This document shows positions 18,754 through 27,506 of a stretch of 29,853 bases of DNA, one piece after another. This DNA comes from an uncultured archaeon (GTDB lineage Archaea > Asgardarchaeota > Jordiarchaeia > Jordiarchaeales > Jordiarchaeaceae): positions 1-29,853 of the forward strand of contig CAZECW010000202.1 of the NCBI GenBank assembly GCA_964510585.1, read 5' to 3'. The position numbers were made by a program, and so were the translations under genes. Below the pieces are notes generated by a model. The model made no database searches, was not told the origin of the DNA, and saw only the letters and a list, made by a program, of their open reading frames with translations. Numbering within the stretch: position 1 is the stretch's first letter; each line of letters opens with the position of its first letter.

Positions 18754-19959
18754 TTAGGCAGAAAAATCCCTTGTCTTATGCTCATACAACTTTGCTTGGT
18801 TGTTATGCCTTTTTTTTGGTGTTTTTGACTTGTTTATGTCTGTTTTTAGTGTTATTTGTGGTTCTTGGTTGATTGAGTATGTTTCGAGGGTTTGCTGCAT
18901 CTTGTTGACTACTGGCTGAGCTTTTATCTTTAGTCTCTTTTTTATTTGTTTTGCGAGGTTAACTGGGTTTCCAAATGTGGTGTATACTATTGATGGTTCA
19001 ACGGCGCTTACGTATTCTAGTAGCTGGCTAAAGTCCGCGTGGGAGCTGAGCGGAAAGGCAGCGTCAATATTGTAAGCTTGTTGCATGGAGAAAAAGAAGG
19101 AGCTTGTTGCAGCCCAACCGGTGCAAATGGCCACTTTGGGTGGTTTAGGAAGGTTGAAGTCCTTTGCCAGCCTTTCGGGAGCATTTCGACCTAGATAGGA
19201 GGGGGGTAATAAAAGTACGTACTTGTTTCCCTCAATAATTTCTCTCGCCTCCTCTGACTCTATCTCGAAGTACTTTCCCAGTCCGGTCTTGTACCGTTCA
19301 AAAATTCTATTAAACTCAAAAATTTGCTTGGGAACCAGAACGTCACAACTCAGTCCCTTAGATATTAGACTGGTTAGTTCCTGGCACTTTCCAAGAGAGT
19401 AACCTATAAGAGCAAGGGGAACACCATCGGAAACATTTTTCTCTGCATAAGCTAATATTTCGGAAATGATTTCCTCCCTCTCTGGAAAAATATATTCTTC
19501 TGAACCAAAAGTGGCCTCAATCACAAGAACATCACAATCCATGACATCTGCTTTCCTCTCAGTGATACTCTCACAAAAGTTGAGGTCACCAGTATAGCCA
19601 ATCAGGTGCTCCCCTGTATCAATTTTAAACTGTAGAGACCCCATACAATGCCCAGCGTCATAAGCCAAAACATTATACTTATCGGTTCTGAAACCGTGTT
19701 TCCTATCCATTAGAATAGTATTTCCCAAAAATCTTCTGTCTCTCTCCGTCCTCACCAATCTGGCTATCTCATGTGTAATGTTTGAGGCCCCAACCCTAAC
19801 ATTATCACTGGCTTGTATAAGACCAGAAATGTGGTCGCTGTGACCATGAGACACAAGTGCCAAGTTCATAGATTGAAAATCAGCGTTAGCTCTTGGATCG
19901 AGTAAAAATTTGAGACCCTCTGCCTCAACAACTAAACCCCTATCATAGTAGACTCTCAT
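18754..19959 (-). CDS. Beta-CASP metallo-beta-lactamase-fold nuclease
   Basis: SHGHSDH, AGHCMGS, YTGD, VIEATFG, GYSLGKCQEL, LSSHAD. ATG at 19959. Confidence 0.9.
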   Translation of the reverse strand: MRVYYDRGLVVEAEGLKFLLDPRANADFQSMNLALVSHGHSDHISGLIQASDNVRVGASNITHEIARLVRTERDRRFLGNTILMDRKHGFRTDKYNVLAYDAGHCMGSLQFKIDTGEHLIGYTGDLNFCESITERKADVMDCDVLVIEATFGSEEYIFPEREEIISEILAYAEKNVSDGVPLALIGYSLGKCQELTSLISKGLSCDVLVPKQIFEFNRIFERYKTGLGKYFEIESEEAREIIEGNKYVLLLPPSYLGRNAPERLAKDFNLPKPPKVAICTGWAATSSFFFSMQQAYNIDAAFPLSSHADFSQLLEYVSAVEPSIVYTTFGNPVNLAKQIKKRLKIKAQPVVNKMQQTLETYSINQEPQITLKTDINKSKTPKKRHNNQAKLYEHKTRDFSA

Positions 19960-20143
19960 AGGCAACAACCCTTATTAAATTAAACAAGAAACGCCTTTCT
20001 AATTTATTCCTTTAACCATTTTGTGGCTTAAAGTTCAAATGGTTCCAACGGGTTTTTCTACACTCGCAAAATTTTGGAGTGTTTCTTTAAATTATTTTTC
20101 GGCTAGGTGGATGCAACCCTTGAAGGTTCTTCCTCATTAAATC

Positions 20144-21136
20144 TTATGTATTAATTTTGAAAAGCACCTTGTTGTCTTTGAGGTGAGCGGTGACTTTTCC
20201 CAGTTTAATGAGTCTCTGCATGTAGCCGAGGGTGGCACCCTGAAGCATATAGTTACTCTTGTCCACGTTGTAGGATTCCGCGGTTAAATCTTCTAAGGTT
20301 ACACACTTCCTTTTCTCCAAAATATCCAAGAAAATTTGTTCCCTTTTCAGCTTTCTTTCTATGTCTTCCTGTAGCTTTTTGTATGGCTCATTTATGAGTG
20401 GGCCGTGGGCTGGAAGTATAAATTTTAAATCTAATTTTTGCAATCGTTCCAGTGATTTTAGGTATATTGAGATGTTATCAGGTATTTTGTTGTCTGCATC
20501 CAAGATTTCGCGTATCTTTAGTTTGCTCAGTTCTCTCCAACCGTATCCTACGAAGGTGGTTCCTGTTCCAATCACGTGGTCTCCTGAGAACAGAATTTTC
20601 CTATCCTCATCATAGAGACAAATATGTCCGTCGGCGTGACCCGGAGTTTCAATTACTCTTAGATTAAATTTTCCAAATCTGATTATTTCGTTTTCCTTAA
20701 CTTTTCTTTCTACATTTGATTCGTCTATTAAGAGGTTAAAATCCATGTACCTGTCTATCATTTCCTTTATTTTTGGCTCAAACTCTGAATAGAGTAGGCT
20801 GTTTTTGATGCTTAAAATGTGTTGGTGATACTTCTCAATTATTGCTGCAGCTTTATGTGAGGCGATAACAATCGACTTGGATGCATTCTTTATTTTTTGG
20901 TTTCCCCCAAAGTGTTCGACATGTTCATGGGTGTTTATTACTAGTGAAACGTCCTTCAAATTTCTACCTATCTCCTCTAGTTCTGAGACAATCACCTTCA
21001 TTGACCACGCGTCCCCCAATCCAGTATCAATTATGGCTGGCTCTTCACCTTCCAAAAAATAAACATTCAGCTCGGGAGTGGCAGGGAAGGGAAGCTTAAG
21101 CGTGAACATATAAATATCTTCAAAGATTTCCTTCAT
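20144..21136 (-). CDS. MBL-fold hydrolase, LACTB2/glyoxalase-II-like, paralogue 1
   Basis: IIDTG, THEHVEH, TPGHADGH, FSGDHVIG, LPAHGP, and a probable C-terminal winged helix. Confidence 0.88.
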   Translation of the reverse strand: MKEIFEDIYMFTLKLPFPATPELNVYFLEGEEPAIIDTGLGDAWSMKVIVSELEEIGRNLKDVSLVINTHEHVEHFGGNQKIKNASKSIVIASHKAAAIIEKYHQHILSIKNSLLYSEFEPKIKEMIDRYMDFNLLIDESNVERKVKENEIIRFGKFNLRVIETPGHADGHICLYDEDRKILFSGDHVIGTGTTFVGYGWRELSKLKIREILDADNKIPDNISIYLKSLERLQKLDLKFILPAHGPLINEPYKKLQEDIERKLKREQIFLDILEKRKCVTLEDLTAESYNVDKSNYMLQGATLGYMQRLIKLGKVTAHLKDNKVLFKINT

Positions 21137-21232
21137 ATGAACTCACCTCTCCACTAATAGAATTATAAGCATTTAATGGGTGAAAATAAAGATGCTTTAT
21201 TGATTAGAGCCTTCAATCTTTGAGCTCTCTTT

Positions 21233-22219
21233 TCATTTAAGCCTGTAGTAGATTTGGTTTTCTTTTATAACCTTCTCGATTTTTCCAAGCTCCAGGAGCC
21301 TATCAATGTAGGCAAGGGTTGATCCTTTGAGCAGGTGGTCAAGTTGTAATGAGCCGTACACTTTCTGGGTTAAACTTTCTAAGGTTTCCTCACCGCCTTC
21401 AAGGGTTTTCAAAATCATTTGCTCCCTCAAAAGTTTTCGATCCATATCTTCTCTGATTTTCTTGTGAGGCTCAGTGACAATGGGGCCGTGTGCTGGTAAT
21501 ATAAGCTTTATGTCTAAAGGCAACAAGCGTTCAAGTGAATTGATGTAGTGAGTAATGTTCCCATGTTCCACGTTTTTAACACCCATCTTACTTGCCACTC
21601 TATCAACTATCATATCTATAATGCCATAACCCACAAATGGAGTCCCTATGCCGATTACATGATCTCCAGAGAACAGAATTTTCCTCTCCTCATCATAGAA
21701 ACAAATATGACCAGGAGCGTGACCAGGAGTGTGGATGGTTTTAAGAGAGAATTGTCCGAGGTCTATGAGGTCTCCATCGCTTAACTGTTTTTCGACTTTT
21801 GTGGAGCTTATTGAGGATTGAAAGGCCAGGTATCTCTCAGCCACAGCCCGCATTTTAGGATCTATGTCCGCTTCCTTTACTGTGGCGAATAGTTGCAATA
21901 CAAAATCTGAGAAGTTTTGGATAACGTTTGCGGCCTTTTTATGGGCGGAAACTTGGGCTCCTGAATTCTTTTTTATTATTTCATCCCCTGCGAAGTGTTC
22001 TACATGTTCATGAGTATTAAGTATTCTACTAACGTCACTAAGTTTAAGCCCTAAACTGCCCAAAGAATCAGAAATGGCTCGAAAAGATTTCGGGTCACCA
22101 GGCCCCGTATCAATTAATGCGACTTCATCTCCTACAAGTATGTATATATTCATATCAGGGGTCCACGTGAAAGGTAGATTAATTTTTAGCCTGTAAATTC
22201 CTTCAACAATTTTCTCCAA
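21233..22219 (-). CDS. MBL-fold hydrolase, LACTB2/glyoxalase-II-like, paralogue 2
   Basis: LIDTG, THEHVEH, TPGHAPGH, FSGDHVIG, LPAHGP. Colinear with paralogue 1. Confidence 0.88.
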   Translation of the reverse strand: MEKIVEGIYRLKINLPFTWTPDMNIYILVGDEVALIDTGPGDPKSFRAISDSLGSLGLKLSDVSRILNTHEHVEHFAGDEIIKKNSGAQVSAHKKAANVIQNFSDFVLQLFATVKEADIDPKMRAVAERYLAFQSSISSTKVEKQLSDGDLIDLGQFSLKTIHTPGHAPGHICFYDEERKILFSGDHVIGIGTPFVGYGIIDMIVDRVASKMGVKNVEHGNITHYINSLERLLPLDIKLILPAHGPIVTEPHKKIREDMDRKLLREQMILKTLEGGEETLESLTQKVYGSLQLDHLLKGSTLAYIDRLLELGKIEKVIKENQIYYRLK

Positions 22220-22242
22220 CGGAACTCCCTTCTTACTTGAAT

Positions 22243-22404
22243 TTACTCATTGGATTCCGGTTTTGGGTCTGTGTAAGTGGAAAATTGGCTTAGTTCCTCT
22301 TTTGCTATAAGCACTGCACATTCCTTGCAGTACCTTTTTCCTCCGATTGTAACATATTTTCCTTCCTCTAGAATTTTCCCACAGTTAATTACGGCGCACT
22401 TCAT
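22243..22404 (-). CDS. Small treble-clef Zn-finger protein (LIM-half-like)
   Basis: ATG at 22404 follows AGGTGA. Sequence C-x3-NC-GKIL...GGKRYCKEC, 53 aa. Confidence 0.72.
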   Translation of the reverse strand: MKCAVINCGKILEEGKYVTIGGKRYCKECAVLIAKEELSQFSTYTDPKPESNE

Positions 22405-22558
22405 TCCAGTCACCTGTCCAACGCCAATGAATCCAACAAACTTTTTTGTCATTTTAAAGTGTTATAGGGAAACTTTAAACCCTTTCCCTTCACTCATCAC
22501 AAAAACTGGAAAACGCCCCAAAAAGATTCGTGGAGGAAAGCTCTTACAGATGTGGATG

Positions 22559-24073
22559 TTATATTTCCGTGTATAGTTTGAAGGTGATGAGTAAATGCAC
22601 TGATCTGGGTCCGAAAGTAGTGAGTAGATAAATGTTTTCCCTGCTGCCCAACATTAGTTCTCCATTGTGATAGGGGACAGTAATATCTTTTTGCCCATAG
22701 GTGGTTGCTACGATGTGGTCTGGGAAATTGAAATCTGCTCTGTTTTCGGCCGCCATGACTGTGTGTAGTTTCATATCTGGTGACTTTCTCGTCTTTTCCA
22801 CAAACTCGTAGTGGAGTTGGAGAAAGTTTCCAGCCTCATTTTCATTGATTATTAGTGAGGTTGTGGTGTGTTTGGTTCGAATTTGAACCTCGCCATTAGT
22901 AAATTTGGGAAAATTTCTCCTCACACTTGACACTATCTCTTCTAGAGCCGGCTGGACCCATAACAATTGTGTTATGGAAAATGAGTTTAATAGTAAGTCG
23001 AAGTGAAGTTCAATAAAGCTCACACCGCTGCCCTTTATTTCGGTCTCCTCAGTAGGACCAAATATTTGGGTTATGTTGTATGGTTTGGGCAACCGCAAAT
23101 TTTTACCAAAAATCTCTGATTTCTTAGTAATATTTTTTAATTTATACCAGCGGTGCGCATTACGAAAACCCAATATACGTAGCAAGCTCCTCCAAGCCAG
23201 CACCAGTTCTTCGGTGGATTCCCAAAGTCCCCTCACCATCTGCGAAATTTCCATTGTGGGCGTAGCGCTTCCTATAAGAATTCTGCTGAATGAGTTCTGT
23301 ACTAGTCCCGGCTGGGAAAATAGTATTGAGAAAAATTTAGTGGGCGAAACTCCTCCAATGGACCGCGCGTCAACCTCAACCGCGAGATTAGGATGGTATT
23401 TTAAAAGATTAAAGTACTGCAACAAATCGGAACTTATGTCTCCGTTACTGATGATAACTTTGAGTTTCGGGTAAGAATGGAGGAAGCGGTCTATTAATCG
23501 GGGGTCAGTTAATCTCCTATCATTATCAGGTAGGTGCATGTTTCCCGCATCAATCTTCAGTGGAAAATTATGCGAAATGCAGATATCAACTAGGTGTTTG
23601 ATTTTGGGTGCATCCTCCACCAAATTTAACCCCAAGTAGCTTGGATAGATTGCTATTCCCGCAATGGAATCGGGAGTTGTCTTAATATATGAATTCAGTT
23701 CTTTAACAGAATTAGTATCAACGGGGTTAACCGATAAAATAGAGCTGAAAACTTGCTCGTTTAATTTTGCTACTTCAAGCACCCAATCATTGGGGATCCC
23801 ATAAGGTCTTCCAAGCTCCATTCCTTGGAGTAGAACCTTCTCAATTCCACTACACTGTAATTCTAAAGCAAATTCTCCGAGGCCAATCCTCCTATTGTAG
23901 AAGAGGGGATTTCCATTCCGGACTAGACTAAGCAAGTTGCGGACAGATTTCGGTAAGCTTAAATTTTCAAAGATTGGCCAGACCAGGCAGTCCACCATTG
24001 GAAAATCAAAAGGATTTCTAAACATCTCCCCAAATACTGGGCTAAAATCGGGGCAATACAGTCTCTCCAACAT
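22559..24073 (-). CDS. Fusion of a degenerate amidohydrolase-2 domain and a C-terminal YjbQ/UPF0047 domain
   Basis: The N-terminal ~310 aa follow amidohydrolase-2 order (NDWVLEVA, SVNP, GIAIYP, YPKLKVII, RILIGS). The C-terminal ~150 aa contain HTTTSLIINENE, GELMLG and GPR. Confidence 0.75.
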   Translation of the reverse strand: MLERLYCPDFSPVFGEMFRNPFDFPMVDCLVWPIFENLSLPKSVRNLLSLVRNGNPLFYNRRIGLGEFALELQCSGIEKVLLQGMELGRPYGIPNDWVLEVAKLNEQVFSSILSVNPVDTNSVKELNSYIKTTPDSIAGIAIYPSYLGLNLVEDAPKIKHLVDICISHNFPLKIDAGNMHLPDNDRRLTDPRLIDRFLHSYPKLKVIISNGDISSDLLQYFNLLKYHPNLAVEVDARSIGGVSPTKFFSILFSQPGLVQNSFSRILIGSATPTMEISQMVRGLWESTEELVLAWRSLLRILGFRNAHRWYKLKNITKKSEIFGKNLRLPKPYNITQIFGPTEETEIKGSGVSFIELHFDLLLNSFSITQLLWVQPALEEIVSSVRRNFPKFTNGEVQIRTKHTTTSLIINENEAGNFLQLHYEFVEKTRKSPDMKLHTVMAAENRADFNFPDHIVATTYGQKDITVPYHNGELMLGSRENIYLLTTFGPRSVHLLITFKLYTEI

Positions 24074-24119
24074 TTTTACATCTCCACAGAGCTTAATTTT
24101 AATTTTTAATCAGCGGCGA

Positions 24120-24527
24120 CTAGAAGTGAATTTCGTTTCTATAGGGAATAGCTTCTGTTCCACCCACCCCTTGGATGCTATAGCTAGCAATTGTAAGGGC
24201 CATATCTACCATTTCTTCTAAACTCATACCCTCCAAGTATCCCGTTATCAGTCCAGAATCAAATGCGTCGCCAGCTCCGATTGTGTCTATAATGTTTTCA
24301 ACCGGTATTTCCTCAACCACTTCGAATGTGGCTTTTAGAACCGCAGGCTCAGTTAAGATATCCTTGTAGAGGTTGAAGGGATGTTGGGTAGCAGGTTTGG
24401 CTCCTAGGGCTCTATACATTACGGGATATTCTGTAGTTCCTTCAATTTCCCGGTATCTATCTCCCTTTATGAAACTCCAGGCTGCGGGCCTCTCATCATG
24501 TTTCATAACTCTTTTTTCTTGAGCCAT
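24120..24527 (-). pseudogene. Chimeric ORF: SIS-domain sugar isomerase/deglycase N-terminus fused to a PfkB kinase C-terminus
   Basis: HPFNLYKDILTEPAVLKAT resembles the entry to a GlmS/FrlB-type SIS region. It is followed directly by IIDTIGAGDAFDSG...ASYSIQGVGG (PfkB signature 2). Both domains are mostly missing. Confidence 0.65.
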
Positions 24528-24807
24528 TTCTAATACCACTCCAGTATGGGTTAATGGACAAGCTCACCTAAAAATTTAAGCATATTGAAAAAGCTGCTCT
24601 TATTTACTGTGCTTCATCCTTTGAATGTAAAAAATTAGCCGATTTTTATCCAATTTTAATAACAAAAGATAAATTATTTTTTATATTAAAAATATTTAAT
24701 AGTAATATTTTTATTAAAAACATGTTTTTTTCCTGTTTCGAAACTAATATAAGTAACAAATTGGATAATATTGCATAGCAACACAATAAGAGGGTGCGGA
24801 TAGCATA

Positions 24808-25086
24808 ATGCAAAACTCAAAAATCACACAACTCAAATCACTGAAAAGTAGCGTCACCCACTGGTTACACATAGGCAACCTCGTTACAATAGCCTCCTCC
24901 CTAGTAGGTTTGGCCATCGCCTACAGTGCTATGAATTCACTAGCCGTAACCGCACTAGGACTAGTATTCATAGCCTCACTCAGCCTCGAAGTTTTCAGAA
25001 GCAATTTTTTAATCGAGCCGGAGAAGAATGGAACAGCCAAAACGCAGGAAATTAAACAACAAACCAGCCGTAGAAAAAGAAGATAA
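24808..25086 (+). CDS. Small membrane protein (2 predicted TM helices, basic C-terminal tail)
   Basis: ATG follows GAGGGTG. Two hydrophobic stretches and a terminal SRRKRR. Confidence 0.6.
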   Translation: MQNSKITQLKSLKSSVTHWLHIGNLVTIASSLVGLAIAYSAMNSLAVTALGLVFIASLSLEVFRSNFLIEPEKNGTAKTQEIKQQTSRRKRR

Positions 25087-25231
25087 CAATTTTTTCTTTG
25101 TCACTACTTTTATTGGACTTAGCTTTCCTCGGACTCAAACTTTTTTAGTTGAAGCGTAAAAAGAGAGTTTTACTTATTTTTGCTAAAAATTTAAATCTAG
25201 TTAGGGAGAAATACAATAAAAGCAACTAAAA

Positions 25232-26386
25232 ATGGAGGTTAACTTTTTGCCTATTGACTTTGGATTTACCCCCGAACAAGAAGAATTGAGGGCTTCGGTA
25301 AGGGAATGGTGCCAGAAAGAAATCGCACCCCTAGTGGAAGAAATGGAAGCCAAGGAAGAGTTCAACAAGGGTCTTGTCGCCAAATTTAAAAAGAAGTTTC
25401 TGAACATGTGGATTCCCAAGCAGTATGGAGGAACAGAAGCCGACACTGTGGATATTTGCATTGTGGCTGAGGAAGTTGGCTACGTTTGTGGCTCCTGTTT
25501 AACCCTCCTAGAGGTGGGAGGCTTAGGTTGTCTACCCATTGTAATTGGCGGAACTGAGGAACAGAAAAAGAGGTTCCTGCCACCCATAGCCAGTGGAGAG
25601 AAGTTTTATGGATTCGCTTTGACTGATGAGGGCCCAGGCTCTGATCCCGCCAATATGAAGCTAAGAGCCGAAAAAAAAGGTGACGAATATATCCTAAACG
25701 GAATGAAGCGCCTAATTAGCAACTGCGACATTTCAAACAGCATACTCACCTTTGCCAAAACCGATCCCTCAAAAGGAGCAAGGGGCATTAGTGCATTTCT
25801 GATTGATATTGGAACCCCGGGATTTGTGGTTGGAAAGAGGCTGTGGGGTTGGGGTATAAAGGTACACCATACAAACGAGTTAGAATTTCACGACTGCAGA
25901 GTTCCCGCAGATAGATTAATTGGCAAAGAGAATGAGGGATTCGTATACGCCATGAAATGCCTTGACCGAACCAGACTTGTTTTAGCTGCGGGCAATGTGG
26001 GAATAGCTAGAGCGTCCTTCGACATAGCGGTGAAATTTGCGCAGGAAAGAATAGCCTTTGGAAAACCAATATCGGAAAACCAGGCAATAAGCTTTAAACT
26101 TGCCGAGATAGCCACAGAAATTGAAGCCGCACGCCTCCTAGCCTACAAGGCAGCTTGGCTGGACAATAAAAAGGTTCGCCACACCACAGAAACCTCAATG
26201 GCTAAATGGTACGCCTGCGAATTAGCAAGAAAGTCCGCTGAAGCCGCAGTGAAAATATTGGGTGGCTATGGGTGGAGTAAGGACTACCCAGTAATGATAC
26301 ACTTACACGACGCCCTAGGATTCATTAACGCCCAGGGAACTACAGAAATACACAAAATGATAATTTCCAGAGCAATTTTCGACTAA
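25232..26386 (+). CDS. Acyl-CoA dehydrogenase-family flavoprotein with non-canonical active site
   Basis: FTPEQEEL, GSDPA, LNGMK, RIAFGKPI, ILGGYG. The usual YEGT motif reads AQGT. Confidence 0.92.
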   Translation: MEVNFLPIDFGFTPEQEELRASVREWCQKEIAPLVEEMEAKEEFNKGLVAKFKKKFLNMWIPKQYGGTEADTVDICIVAEEVGYVCGSCLTLLEVGGLGCLPIVIGGTEEQKKRFLPPIASGEKFYGFALTDEGPGSDPANMKLRAEKKGDEYILNGMKRLISNCDISNSILTFAKTDPSKGARGISAFLIDIGTPGFVVGKRLWGWGIKVHHTNELEFHDCRVPADRLIGKENEGFVYAMKCLDRTRLVLAAGNVGIARASFDIAVKFAQERIAFGKPISENQAISFKLAEIATEIEAARLLAYKAAWLDNKKVRHTTETSMAKWYACELARKSAEAAVKILGGYGWSKDYPVMIHLHDALGFINAQGTTEIHKMIISRAIFD

Positions 26387-26592
26387 ATTCCCAATTCAAC
26401 CCTATTTTTCCATTTTAACCACCAAACCTGATAAGAAACCAACATTGTTGGATATTCTCTAGGCTGAGTGTCTGGAAATCTTGCACACACAGGACTGTTC
26501 CGCATTAACAACCTTGAGATTATAGTCCGTTGGTCTCCTCCAACTATTTTGCAAGTTGCAGTAATATGGGCTTTGGTGGTTCCCAGAGATTT

Positions 26593-27408
26593 TTAAATAT
26601 TGAATAGGAGTAAGAGTGCTGCTGCGTGGAAACCGGCTTTTCCGAATGCTTTCCTTGCAGAAATATTGGTGTGTGTAGTAAATGAAATAGGTTGATAGCC
26701 CTTGTTGTCCAAGTAGTCCGCCAGTTTCGATATCATATAGGATCCATAACCCCTCCTCCTGAAACTTTTGTGTATTATGGGTATTATTGTGGCGTAATTC
26801 TGGTATCTTGATTTTTTCCAATACGCTACCCCCACTACAATGTTTTCGCGAATCAAAACCCAGTAGATGTCTTCACCAATCTCGGATTCCATGTGCTGAT
26901 AATCCTCTGTTTGAGCTGTTTCTAATTCGAGTTTTTCACTTCGAAGGATTTGAAGTGCATCCTCCAACATGTCTTTAGAAATCTTTGTAAATGTCAACTT
27001 TTCCTTTTGTTCCAATTGCATACTTTTCTCCCTTAATAAAATGGAGCCTGCCAGCTCGAAGGGATAGCCTTTCTCAAGGAGAAAAGAGAGTAGATACGTG
27101 TCATCGCTGCGCACATAAAACCTTTTTGGTGCAAATTGCTTAATTAAAAGGTTAAAAACTTCATCAATTATACCTCTGTATTCCTTTTTAACGTAAAATT
27201 CTATTACACTTTTTCCATACCATGGCACAGGAAATTTTTCTAGATAGATCCAATAAGCTATTATCTCATTTTTAAGGCATAAACCCCAACAAGTACCGTT
27301 CTTAACTGCTAAATCAAAAAAATCCGTGATAAAGGGTAACTTTAATTCCTTGAACCAATCCTCTCTTAATGGCTTAATAGCAGCCAAGTCAAATTGCTTC
27401 AGCTCCAA
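26593..27408 (-). CDS. GNAT-fold acetyltransferase, probably tandem domains
   Basis: FYVKKEYRG and IHKSFRRRGYG motifs, NISARKAFGKAGF. TTG start at 27408 follows GGAGGG. Confidence 0.8.
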   Translation of the reverse strand: MELKQFDLAAIKPLREDWFKELKLPFITDFFDLAVKNGTCWGLCLKNEIIAYWIYLEKFPVPWYGKSVIEFYVKKEYRGIIDEVFNLLIKQFAPKRFYVRSDDTYLLSFLLEKGYPFELAGSILLREKSMQLEQKEKLTFTKISKDMLEDALQILRSEKLELETAQTEDYQHMESEIGEDIYWVLIRENIVVGVAYWKKSRYQNYATIIPIIHKSFRRRGYGSYMISKLADYLDNKGYQPISFTTHTNISARKAFGKAGFHAAALLLLFNI

Positions 27409-27506
27409 GAATCTCCCTCCAAATATGAATTTCCCACCATTGCCTTTATATGTTTTCACAGAAACCCTTAATTATATTATGTCCAAATCGAAGTCTTGAA
27501 TAATGT

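Noticed and set aside
22874-22889. GGTTCGAAT resembling a tRNA T-loop
   Set aside because: It lies inside the YjbQ-domain coding sequence with no cloverleaf around it.
26459-26821. 120-aa minus-strand ORF overlapping the GNAT gene
   Set aside because: Mostly an alternative frame of a better-supported gene, with no motif.
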